From NCBI GenBank assembly GCA_023334545.1, contig JAADVB010000152.1:1-46923 (forward strand): DNA of 46,923 bases, written 5' to 3'. Below are positions 21,101-31,500 of the stretch, piece after piece. A program made the position numbers and the translations under genes. The notes beneath the pieces were generated by a model, which was not told the origin of the DNA, did no database searches, and saw only the letters and a list, made by a program, of their open reading frames with translations. Source of the stretch: Salisapilia sapeloensis CBS 127946 (lineage: Eukaryota; Protista; Oomycota). The stretch's first letter is position 1, and the number at the start of each line of letters is the position of its first letter.

Positions 21101-22471
21101 GCCTGGTGTCAAGTTCTCAGCCTTGTGTCGATTGATAGCTCGACGAGCTTGGTAGCTGTATGTGAAAACAAAGCAGAGGAAGACGAAAGAGTAGAGGCAG
21201 TCGCTCGTTGTGATAATCCAAGCAGCTTTCTCCGGATCCGACGTGAAAGGAGTGTAAGTAGTCGTTCCGTTGCAGTCAATGTCCCCGATCGGAAGACAAT
21301 TGGAAGGATCGCTAGCAATCTCTTCATTTACGCCCAAGTTTCCAAGTGACGCGTACGCTAGTCGCAGTGGATCGGCCATCTCCTGCGTAACACCATGACC
21401 GTAGTAGTTTACGGTGATGGCAGGTAAGGAGATGATACCCATAATAAGAAACGTAATGGACAAGTATTTGGTCAGCATAAAGTACAGTTGCAGTCCAATC
21501 CCCAACGCTCCAATGTCTCGCATTTTGACGTCAAATACAGATTTGTTACCACCACCCAATCGATCGAGCTTGGCTAGCTGCTGCGCTTGCTTGATCATTT
21601 GTTTCTGGTCATGAACACTGCAGTATAATGGTGCATGGTCAGACGAAGCAATCGATTCTAATCGTGTAGACTGTCGACGCAATAATGTAGGGATTCCCTC
21701 CTTCTCAGCAGTGACCACCGGTACGTCCATCGTGTCCGTAGCCGATGCTTCTGCTGATGTTCCGGTCGAACTTGCTAGTACTGTTACTTCAACAGCTTCA
21801 AGTAGCTCGAACATGGTGGATTGGACGATAAACATCTCTTCCTGAGATTGTTCATCGTCGATCGGAAGATTTTCTGGTGCTGGAGCCGACACATTTGGAT
21901 CCTGTACCTCCTCCGTATGAAATTCAATATCTTCCTCAACAAGCACTGGTCCAACTGCCTGCTGCATCTCTAATGTAGCAATTTCTTTTTCGCTATCATC
22001 TGCAGCAGTACGAGCAGACTCTTGCATCACTGTCATCATCTCATGAACGTTCATCTCCTCTTCAGGATCGGACATGACGTCGTGTTCCGATGGTAAGTCG
22101 TACACGTCTTCGAGATCAACTTCATCTTCATCTTCTGAAGCAAAAGAATGATCTACGTCTTCCAAGTCAGCCATATTGACATTCCCGTTATCCGTCAGAA
22201 TGTCATCCAATGCCGAGTTTACAAGTTCTTCCATCACATGCTTTGCATCAGAAACGTTTTCACTAGATACTTGGATCTGCTCGAGATCGATCTGGTTGAC
22301 TAACTCTGTCAAAATGATTTGAGCAGTATCTTCGTCACCAACTCGATCCGCAACAACTTGGACGAGATCATCCAAAATAGTAGACAGAAACTCAATGGCT
22401 TCCGACTGCCTTAATTCATCCAAGTCATTCGTACTAGCAGTATTTGCATGACCATCGGATGTGTCGCTCAT
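18125..22471 (-). CDS. OSCA/TMEM63/CSC1-family mechanosensitive channel-like protein, 1448 aa, with long acidic N-terminal extension
   Basis: Motifs GIGLQLYF, YAIYIRGLP, CAFVVFNN, PAPEPSNILWENL, FERH, KLFTAQFMNT, FDISLRYP and FWIDKL, plus about 11 TM segments. Confidence 0.85.
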   Translation of the reverse strand: MSDTSDGHANTASTNDLDELRQSEAIEFLSTILDDLVQVVADRVGDEDTAQIILTELVNQIDLEQIQVSSENVSDAKHVMEELVNSALDDILTDNGNVNMADLEDVDHSFASEDEDEVDLEDVYDLPSEHDVMSDPEEEMNVHEMMTVMQESARTAADDSEKEIATLEMQQAVGPVLVEEDIEFHTEEVQDPNVSAPAPENLPIDDEQSQEEMFIVQSTMFELLEAVEVTVLASSTGTSAEASATDTMDVPVVTAEKEGIPTLLRRQSTRLESIASSDHAPLYCSVHDQKQMIKQAQQLAKLDRLGGGNKSVFDVKMRDIGALGIGLQLYFMLTKYLSITFLIMGIISLPAITVNYYGHGVTQEMADPLRLAYASLGNLGVNEEIASDPSNCLPIGDIDCNGTTTYTPFTSDPEKAAWIITTSDCLYSFVFLCFVFTYSYQARRAINRHKAENLTPGRYAIYIRGLPRDATQEEIVEHFNKLYDPTEEEMYFPLWFNMFWGKRRKVVYSLSKNAINRSVVSNVEHLYGSGENDTSKNKKLYLNKWVAEVSIGHPTGGLLRTFLSMEALTGSISEAKSLITMLNYARSETPDKFTAQDEKLFAKTQKTLLTLQRTLDKKKSKIKAFNVKSKKESPRKKAERKRNQTAKDKMAEAAQKAKEAATATNEAFDWEACECAFVVFNNLESRRRCLYDYRMSDKWLPRFFQPKLLRFRDGKYPLTVMPAPEPSNILWENLEVTSRGRFYRRSMTNIVTFFLLLITCIVISAADYTQDQFRAKLPPSGLCEVHLPQVFFGRKAFDPYSEVQYAVLEWDSEATCPSVDDKKLYHIAYDKEMASSLNVTLPIDEANPPVRCTDPCIDELSERRCSTLGCFDEKAVEEGLPCQTYLESHLLYCFCTDALSKSFETYGFTQGPQRLWEDYEPCRNFITDYLVKNIFIVTSAGLVVLVNLFLNIILRNFVAFERHSSETSKASATAFKLFTAQFMNTAILTLIINAALGVNTIPLIEDLFTGKFKDFERDWYPTVGMSITTTMIVNAFLPQFVLLLRIFVISPLLRCLQRRSVRTQEKMNALYAGTRFDISLRYPMVLNSVFVTMTFCGGSPVLLFVASLTCGAAFWIDKLSLIHLYSIKTAYDEAVGEIALSLLPWTLVIHLAFSMWMYGNDTLVKSSTLDLTWILQKLGVDSPMGEKTTAELYAEFLQEVEKVDILGQYGFVAKVVKTNVFLMFLLLVSCVVLILLSTVYKQFVYPVIGRIFKQLKKLFSSCFRRISPKRHLDAVVISQEMAIEKKKEEEEKLERKRWSPRKKKAKKYKPVVLPEFTDVFRKSVSRKLRPDAQLGYKRNDKDELVRVWLQDVSYNGLRRKQGQLMRTWEAMQAPVKSYAIGANEKYRLAAAEIVTASIALRSGTSRSQVVRPVLEAIDTFEREIYDDAATRPLERKSSGVLEGKITTS

Positions 22472-23149
22472 GATACTACAGTGCCTCTACGAAGTGGGAA
22501 CTTGGAAAGGATTCCTTCCAACAGACCGTTAAGATGTACATAACGGACAAAACGGACGAAAGGAAGACTCAAGAAGAATGTTGAAACTACTCGAATCAAA
22601 TATCGTTATCTCTTAAGAAGCCTACCTACAAGAGAATAAAAGTGGATTCAGAGCCCCCGCGGGAGGCCACAAAGCTAATATCGCGTCATAGTGTGCAACA
22701 CTCAGACGGCACTTCCTAGATTTCTAAGCTATGCTCTCATCATTCTCCACTTTCCATCCCCATCTATAAAGCAATGAATGGCACCCTCAACTAATACATG
22801 CAAAATTTTGTCCTCATAATGAATCGGTGTAATTCTAGAGCTTATTTTGTGATATCATCATTGGGTTCCGATCAAACAACAACAACGCCACCTTGCGTTG
22901 CTATCTCGACTGCAAATTCCGTTCTGCCGTATCCTTTTCATCTCGATCCGCCCGCCACCAATCATCTTTTCCACCAATCATACACAAGTATCTCTTCATT
23001 TGAGTACCTTCACGCAACATTCGAACCACCTCTGTTTCCGCGCGAAAATAGCCATTTGAAAAGCACCGAGAAGACCAGATAAGCTGTCTCTACCTCACGC
23101 CCTCCCTTGATACCTTGTAGCTTTTAGAACACATAAGTCACTTTTTAGC

Positions 23150-23208
23150 GTACGTATGCCTCATATGAGCATACGTGTATCATCGTTCCTTATACGATTC
23201 ATGTACAG
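23150..23208 (+). other. Probable 5'-UTR intron of the condensin II H2 gene (59 nt)
   Basis: GTACGT donor and TACAG acceptor with a length typical for this window, ending 29 nt before ATG 23238. An in-frame TAG upstream makes it non-coding. Confidence 0.45.
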
Positions 23209-23237
23209 CAACTTGTAAAAGTGCGGGAGCTTCAACC

Positions 23238-25437
23238 ATGAGTGAACGACGATATCAGCACATTTTACAGCCAATTCGGTATTATTCATGCTACCTATTG
23301 TCTTCGTCTAGCTCGTACTGACTGGAATCTGTACGTTTTGTAGAGATTTGACGGCAACGTTGAACATCGACCTCGCGCAGGAGTTAGAAGAGTATCTGGA
23401 AGAGTTGGAAACGCTTCCCGTGAGTCTACCGCGTGAGCTGGATGACGACGGTGTGCAGGAAAGGATTTTAAATTTCGCTGAAGCTGCGCTCTTGATCCAA
23501 GGCTCGTCGACGATTTACGGTCGCAAAGTCCAGTACTTTCACGATCTCGTGTACCAAGCTTTGGAACATCTTTCTAGCAGTAAACAGAGAAAGAAAGCAA
23601 AGAATGCTGATGGTAGTGATGGACATGAAGTACTCGAGACGGAAGAAGAGGACTTGGAGGAAGATGAGAAGATTCTAGCAGATCCACTCCCTCTCTACGA
23701 TGAAATAGAAGAGGCTTCGAGCACCTCGCTGATTATCAAGGAACGCCCTGTCGAATCCGCCAGTCGACAGAAGGAGGATGCCCGGCAAAGACTAAAGCAC
23801 CGTTCTCGCATTCAGTACGTAGACACTGTATTCTTTACGCATCTCCTATATAGCTGACATTAATGTTGTTCTACCGTAGAGCTTCCATCGCTCTCTCGAG
23901 CTCATTGGCTCCAGACGGACGAGACCACGGCGACAGTTTTAGACTACAGTCATGTAAACTGCATCCTTCGGGTGTTTTGCTCTTAGATGACGCAAGTCGT
24001 CAGTATCTGGATCCTTCTCAAGTCGCTCGAGAAAGTAATTTGATTCACTCAGACCGAGATGGATCACTCGAGCCTTTAGGAATGGACATTTCTGGGTTCA
24101 ATACTGGTGAAAACGATGAAGGTTCGTACGATACAAACGACGCAGCCGAAGTTTTGGACTGGGACATTGCATACCAAGAGCAGCAGGACACAGCTGCGTT
24201 GGAAGCGCCGACACGAGTGGATGAAACTCTAGCAATGGTTGCGAACGCAGATGAGAATGGTTCGACTGAAGCGTATGATGATTATGTCCATCCCACGACA
24301 GATACGGACGAACCAATGGAAGCTTATACGTACGACGATCAGCCAGACACTTTCCCAGACGAACCTGAAGAAGTGTATGACGATGAACCTGTGGATGAAT
24401 ACGACCCATGGGCACCTCTGGATCCTTACGACACCAGTTCATGCAAGTCGAAGCCTCTAAAAAAAGGTAACACTTACATGCCAGCTCTCATAAAGAAGCA
24501 AAAGCAGCGTCAAGCAGATAAAGATCACACGCTGGACTCGATTTCCGATCCAGCTTTCCACCAGCGATTCTTTTCCTCCGACAAGAACAGCTCTAAGTCC
24601 CTCGGTGGATGGGTCTATTCAGACTTGCATCACAAAGTTCCTTTTGAAAAGAGGTTTCGCAAGTGTTTCTGCAAATCCAAAGTCTTAGCCACATCCTGTC
24701 CAAAGCTATGGAAGAGTCAAAAGGAGTACCAGACGCTTTATAAAAAGGTGCAGAAGACGTCTCAACCGGACGCTTTCGATGAATTCGAAGAGGAAGAAGC
24801 GTTACCGACGACAACTAGTGCAGAGCCCATGGATTTGACGCAACCTCCACCCGTGTCGTACAACCCAGAGACACCTGACGACGAAGACCTTGCTATGGAC
24901 GATCCATCGATCGATGACTCAATCGACGACTCCACTCCGCTCGACGGTGCGTCGGATGAGCCATCTGCAGAGCTTCCAGCTAGTCGGATGTCCTCGTACT
25001 CGGAACTATATTCCGACCACTTCCGGTCTTACGTTGCCGACGTCGACGACTTTGTCCAGGACTCGGAGCTCGCCAAGAGCGTCCAAACATGGCAGACGAG
25101 CGTCGCACCCATGCTAGAACGTCAGAAGCGTCTACCTCAATTCGACATTCGGACCACAGGAGAAGAGCTACTAACGAATCTCGGTCGAAAGGTCAGGACG
25201 AAGGTATCCGACAAGGAGAATCCAGTCGAATCCGACGACATTAAGAAAGAAGTCGAGTTCAAGGAACTCATGCGAGGTAAATCTCGCTACGAAGTCGCTC
25301 GCTGCTTCCTCGCGAGTCTCCAATTGGCCAACAGCGGCAACGTTGGTCTCTTCCCTCCTGAAAAACGAAAGGAAGGTCATGGCGGATTGAAAGTGCAGCT
25401 TTTGAATCCGTCCTTGCAACACTTTTCCATTGAATAA
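23238..25437 (+). CDS. NCAPH2: Condensin II kleisin subunit H2, 689 aa; introns 23279-23343 and 23815-23879
   Basis: Spliced N-terminus RYQHILQPIRDLTATLNIDLAQELEEYL, then NFAEAALLIQGSSTIYGRKVQY. C-terminal winged-helix motif WQTSVAPMLE…FDI…EVARCFLASLQLANSGNV. Confidence 0.92.
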
Positions 25438-25574
25438 CTGTCCTTTGAATAGCACTCGTCCATGTATCGTCGCATCGGCATCCTATTAAATATCTCGACA
25501 TGATGATAGACTCCAGTACGCAACTTGTTTCCTAGACATACCCAACGCTCCTATCGACATATTTGCTTGATACG

Positions 25575-26942
25575 CTACCGACCACTACTTATGGATGAAG
25601 ACGAGAGAAGTGTCCAGTCTCTCGATGCATACACATCGTCTGACTCACAGGAAGAGATCTCGGACGTACTAGCAATCGTACTCTTCCTCTTCACCACGTC
25701 AGATGATGCGACTTCGAAGCCAGACAAGGTCTGCGCCACGAGCGAACACTCGAGACAGAACGTCCATGCCTTCTTCACCAGACCTCTTCCTACCGGCACA
25801 TTCACTTTCTTAATCGCAGAGCACTTGGCACACACTGTCTCGCCACATATCCTACACGTTGTTCCATCTGGACGCGCCGCTGCATTCCACGTACTCAGTC
25901 GATGCACGCGCTTGGTACATATGCCACAAACACTCTTGTCGTCCTTCTTACTATACGCTGATACGCTACTTCCTTCCGACGATGTCGTATACCGATGTCG
26001 CTTTCCTTTCCTAGCTGCGTCTGCCATGAGCCACTGCAGCTTCTTCACGTAACCGACTTCATGTAACTCGACCTGTGCGATCAACATCCGAGCGATCAAC
26101 GCTGTTCCCAAGTGCTCTGGGATCTTCCCACATGAATCCGAGAAACCTGGACCGTAGATCTCGTATAGATTCGGCTTAAGCTGTCGCATGAGGTAGCAGA
26201 ACGACATGAACCCTCGGACGTATCCTGACGTCGCGTCGGAAAACTGAGGGATACGGACCGAGTGGCAGATGTGGTAACCTACTCGCTCGCCATTCGCATC
26301 TGTCATCATCCCCATGCCTTCCACCACTACGTAGTCTCGTGCAGACGTAACGACTTTAAACGGTCCGGAGCTCAAGACGAACCACTTGGCTCGAAGATAC
26401 CGGAAGGGATTGTCTTTCGAAGGGCTTTCTAGTCGACATAGTTCCTGCATGCTTTCGACAGCCGAGTTCATAGAGTCTCCTCTATACTTTGTATCGCCTT
26501 CCTTTAGCTCTTCTTGCGTTACTCCGAGTAAAAAGTCCTCTACTTTGCCTGAAAGGGTTCCGTGGACGACGATGAGAGGTAAGTGTAGTGGACGATGGAC
26601 CATCGTCGCGTTGCTGACGCCGTCCAAGGACGACACGCTCGCTCGCGATCCATGCGCATTGACCTCTGGATCCAGCAATGGCATGCCGACGATAGTCGGT
26701 GCTTCGAACGATTCGTCTCGAGACTCCTTGTGTACGTTTCGCTCTTTATACACTCGTACTTGATCCTTCCGACGGAGAGGTTTCCACTCGGCCTTAGGGA
26801 ACTCACGCCCTTTCGCGACAAAGTCATCAAAGGTCGCGAGCGTCTCGTCAATGACCTGATAGGCCTCCTGGATGAGGCTCTCCTTCTCCCCTTCGCTCAA
26901 ACTCACTTGCCATCTAGTACTTTCACCACGCGCTCTCGACAT
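25575..26942 (-). CDS. START/Bet v1-like domain plus FYVE-like zinc finger protein (oomycete-expanded family), about 455 aa
   Basis: EWKPLRRKDQVRVYKE, VHGTLSGKVEDFL, ARDYVVVEGMG…GYHICHSV and a C-terminal CGIC…CRICGETVCAKC…FCLEC finger. Confidence 0.85.
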   Translation of the reverse strand: MSRARGESTRWQVSLSEGEKESLIQEAYQVIDETLATFDDFVAKGREFPKAEWKPLRRKDQVRVYKERNVHKESRDESFEAPTIVGMPLLDPEVNAHGSRASVSSLDGVSNATMVHRPLHLPLIVVHGTLSGKVEDFLLGVTQEELKEGDTKYRGDSMNSAVESMQELCRLESPSKDNPFRYLRAKWFVLSSGPFKVVTSARDYVVVEGMGMMTDANGERVGYHICHSVRIPQFSDATSGYVRGFMSFCYLMRQLKPNLYEIYGPGFSDSCGKIPEHLGTALIARMLIAQVELHEVGYVKKLQWLMADAARKGKRHRYTTSSEGSSVSAYSKKDDKSVCGICTKRVHRLSTWNAAARPDGTTCRICGETVCAKCSAIKKVNVPVGRGLVKKAWTFCLECSLVAQTLSGFEVASSDVVKRKSTIASTSEISSCESDDVYASRDWTLLSSSSISSGR

Positions 26943-27362
26943 GCTTGGACGGAGGAATAGTAGACAGTCAAGCGGGTGTCTTAGAGACGTTGAAAGTGCG
27001 AATGTCGAGAGGTTGCAACTCAGCACCACGTCAGTCACTCGGACAGCTGTTAGTCGAGCGCCAGATGACGCTGACTATCAGGGCTGAATTGCGAAGATAA
27101 TGGTATGCCTATTAAGCGATCAAGTAAACGATGGAAGGTACGAAGGATAGAAGAACACGGTGATCGTTTCAGGAGAAAGCTGGACTCTGTCAACCGAGTT
27201 CAGTCGAATGCAAGAGGGAGAGCGATTCCGTGTGTGGCGTCGAGAGGTCCGTCCTGATTACATAGAACACGCAGGAGGATCACGTACCTCGGGTCAGCGT
27301 GGTGGTGGAGAGGGCATTTTGTAGAATGTGTAGACACGAAAGAAAGCCAAACAAAAGAAAGC

Positions 27363-28378
27363 ATGGATACGTTAAAAGAAATGCATGGCCTATGGGGCCT
27401 CCAGTACGTTGTCAACAAGTCCAGGGAGCTCGCTGCCAAGCACAATCAGGATTACAACAAATCAAACAAGGAGGATGAACGTGAAAAGCAGTCGAGTCCG
27501 TCCGCTGAGGGCGGAGGCCGACGAGACGAAGGACAGACGTTCCTGCAGGTGCAACACGAGCAGCTCCAGGAGGTAACGGAGAATCATTTGAAACTCCTCG
27601 AAAGGTCACTGTTGCTTTCATATCAGACTCAAGTCTTTCCGTATTGACATAAATCAAGTGGAAAAGGACTCGCGGACGATCTAGCGCACGTTCGAAGGAA
27701 GTTACAAGCGCAAGCAGAGAGCGAGCAATTCCTATCAACCCACTTTGATTCGTTGATGCAAGTCAGAGAGCAGCTCAGTGACGTCAGGTATCCGCACACT
27801 GGATAACTGCATACATGTATCCAGACCCAACGTATCTCCGATTTATATGCGCATAGACTGTTTGTTGAGAAGTTGGCGCAAGATGCAGAAGAAGTGGAAC
27901 AGATATTAACGTATCCTTGATATTTTAAAGATATCCAAGTACAATATAACGATGCGTCTATAGGCAAAAGACGGAAGAGCATCTAGCTGCTGAAAACGCT
28001 GGCTTTGCCGCCCAACAGGTTCCACCCATCTCTCTTTCTCTTGGAGCTCCTCTTATCTGATTATAATAGCAAGAGGAATTGGAAAAGTTCGAGTCGCATA
28101 TACTACAAGAGCAGGAGCAGCATAAACGTGAGCAATTGGAGCAACGTCGACAGGTTCTTGCCAGAGCCTTTGAATGCGATTTGGAAGCGTACAAGTCTTT
28201 AGCCAGCAACAAGAAAAAGTCGGACCATCCGACGGACGATCAAGCCCAGTCTCTGGATAGTATCGAACTGGTTGTCGCAGGAGACCAAACGCAATTGGAT
28301 GCTTTCTACGACACGGAGGACGAAGATGACCTCGGTGAAGAAGTGGAGGAAGAAAAGGAAGAGAAAGATGGTATTTAG
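27363..28378 (+). CDS. Dysbindin-like BLOC-1 subunit, 262 aa; exons 27363-27604, 27659-27787, 27857-27910, 27964-28018, 28070-28378
   Basis: Four GT-AG introns (54, 69, 53, 51 nt) give one open coiled-coil frame. HILQEQEQHKREQLEQRRQVLARAFECDLEAY…LDSIELVVAGDQTQLDAFY parallels, as recalled, human dysbindin KLKERQKFFEEAFQQDMEQY…LEQMDLMDISDQEALDVFL. Confidence 0.72.
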
Positions 28379-28534
28379 ATACGTACAAGCTGACAAGAAA
28401 GTAGGACGAAAGTAGCCTCTAAGTCGTGCTTTATAAGTACAAGAAATGTACCAAGCTTTGGGAGTTTCATAAATAGTTTCTTTTTGCCTTCTAGAGCAGT
28501 ATTTCTATTCCTGTGATCTTACTAGTTCCAAGCA

Positions 28535-31500
28535 ATGGATGCGTTGCCCACACTCATCGTGCCGGATGACCCGGAAACGGGTACGATCGAGCGTCCTGTG
28601 ACACCAAAGCCGCCAGAACCTGTGCCGAATGACACGGATGGAGATACACAGCCTTTATCATCCAAGACGAGCGCTCGTGTCTATCCAAAAGACGTCGTAG
28701 AGAAGAAGGAGGAGAGGCAGGATGTGAGCAGTCGAGACTACAAGACGATGGCCAAGAGAGCCAACGTGCTTGCCAATCGAGATCGTCTTGCTGGAGGAAA
28801 GAAATCCGTCTTTGACATCAAGATGAGCGACATTGCGGCTTTAGGCATTGGTATGCAGCTCTACTTTATGCTGATAAAGTATCTATCCATCACATTCTTG
28901 GTGATGGGCATTATCTCCCTTCCTGCCATCGTCGTGAACTACTACGGCCACGGCGTTACAAGCAACTTGGTGGATCCACTCGAACTGGCCTTTGCATCTC
29001 TCGGTAATCAAGGTGTGAACCCAGAGATCGCTGCCAACCCTGCCAACTGCTTGCCCATCGGAGAGATTGATTGCACCGGAAAGACAGTTCGAACACCATT
29101 TACTTCCGATCCGGAGACGGTAACTTGGATTATCACCACGTGCGACTTGCTCTACTCGTTCATATTTCTACTCTTCGTCGTTGTTTATCACGTACAGGCA
29201 AAGAAAGCAATCAGTAAGCACCTTTTGGAGAACTTAACGCCAGCTAAGTACGCCATCTTTGTTCGTGGTTTGCCCCGAGATGCGACTGAGCGCGAAGTGA
29301 TGGAACATTTCAGTAACCTATACGACTTGACTAAAGAGGAGACTTTCCGGCCACTCTGGTTTAACGTGTGCTGGGGTAAACGACGCAAGGTCAAGAACTC
29401 GTTGTCTGAGGAAGCTATCAATCGATCCCCTGTCTCCAATGTCGAGCACTTGGCATGTTTCAGTGGAGACAAGAAGAATATGTACATTGATTCATGGGTA
29501 GCTGAAGTCAGCATTGGACATCCTACCGGAGGTCTATTGAGAACCTTTTTAGCGATGGAAATACTGACGAAAAAAATAACCGAGACCAAGCAATTGAAAA
29601 AGATTCTCGAGTACGAGAAAGAAGAAGCAAGCAAAGAAACGAATGAAAAAATGAAAAAGAAAAAGTTTCGCCCTAAAGATGAACGCTTGTTGGCAAGGAC
29701 TATAAAGAAATTACAAGCGCTGGATGAAAAACTGGACCAGAAGACGAGCAAGATCAAAGCACTGAAAGAGCCGAATGCTGTCGCTGCTCCACAGGACGAT
29801 GCAATTAACAAGTTAGAGAAAAAGAACTCGGCAAACTTCAAACCAAATCTTAGCTTAAAGAAGTTGCCACTGCCTCAGGCCGATAAGACCGATCCGAACG
29901 CTTTCGATTGGAGTGCTTGTGAATGTGCCTTTGTTACTTTTAACAATCTAGAGTCTCGAAGACGCTGCTTAAATGACTATCGCAAAAGCGCAATGTACTT
30001 ACCACGTAAATGGCAGCCAACAGAGCTTCGATTTCGTCAGAAACATCCTCTCATCGTACGCCCAGCTCCAGAGCCGTCCAACATCCTGTGGGAAAACTTG
30101 GAAACGACGGACAAGGAGCGCTTAAAACGTCGATCGATCACTACGTGCGTCACATTGCTGTTATTGTTCGGATCGGTAGCTGTCATCTCGGGTGCTCAGT
30201 CTGCGCAACAAGAGTTTAAGTCAAAGATGCCTCCAAGTGGCTTGTGTGGGTATAAGTTGCCCGAGCTTTTCTATGGAAGTACGGACTTTGAAGAGGATTC
30301 AAATACTTGGGAACTCGTTTGGGATAGCAACGCCACTTGTCCTGTAGATTCAGTATCAAACATGCCAGCGTACAATATCACGTATGCCAACGGGATAGTG
30401 AATCCAATTAATCACACTGCTCCCATTCAAGACCCATCAAATCCGCCAGTACGATGCACGGAGCCATGCATCACAGAAACGAGTTCACGCATATGCTCAA
30501 CATTACCTTGCTTTGATCAAAATTTACTCGATGACGGCGATAAGTGCGAAACCTACTTGGAAAGCCATATCCTCTACTGTTTCTGCATGGATGCACTAAC
30601 AGAAAGCATTGAGGAGTATGGGCTGAAAGAAGGCGCAGAGATTCTTTGGAACGACTACATACCTTGCCAAGGGTTTATCACCAATTACATTACCAAAAAC
30701 GCCTTAATTGTTGCTGCAGCATGCGTCGTTGTTGTTGTGAATCTTCTGTTGAAGACTATACTTCGTGGCTTTGCGAGCTTCGAACGGCATTCGAGTGAAT
30801 CTTCCAAGGCCTCGGCTATTTCTCTCAAGATGTTCTCGGCGCAATTCCTTAACACTGCTGTCATCGTGCTAGTTGTCAATGCTTCGTTGGGCGTAGACTC
30901 AATTCCAGTGCTTAAAGATCTATTCAAGGGCGAGTTTATTGACTTTGAACGTAATTGGTATCCACTTGTCGGGATGGGCATCACCATGACGATGTTGATC
31001 AATGCATTTGCACCACAAGCTGCTCCATTTCTCCAAATGTTAGTCTTATTCCCGTTAAAACGCTGTTGGCAGAAGCGAAGCGTACGAACACAAGAAGCAA
31101 TGAATGAATTGTATGCGGGCCCTCAGTTTAATATTGCGGAGCGATACCCAGTCATACTGAACTGTGTCTTCGTGACGATGATGTTTTGTGGTGGATCACC
31201 AGTGCTACTCTTCATTGCCTCACTGACGTGTGGACTTACGTACTGGTTGGATAAACTATCTGTCATCCATCTTTACAGCATCCGGACGGCATATGATGAA
31301 GCACTTGGAGAAACGATACTCGGACTCCTTCCCTGGACACTTTTACTCCATTTATCGTTTTCCATGTGGATGTATGGAAACCCAGATCTACTTCAGTCGT
31401 CAAAGTTAAACCTTAATGGGTTGTTGTCTACATTCTCAATTGAGAGCAACACGACAACGAATGCTACGGTGTATGATCAGTTTTTGACTGAAGCCGCCAA

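Noticed and set aside
22798-23082. 94-aa ORF between OSCA-1 and NCAPH2
   Set aside because: No recognisable features. It lies in a divergent promoter/5'-UTR region.
25525-26052. 175-aa plus-strand ORF overlapping the 3' end of START-FYVE
   Set aside because: Almost entirely antisense to a well-supported gene; starts at TTG and has no motifs.
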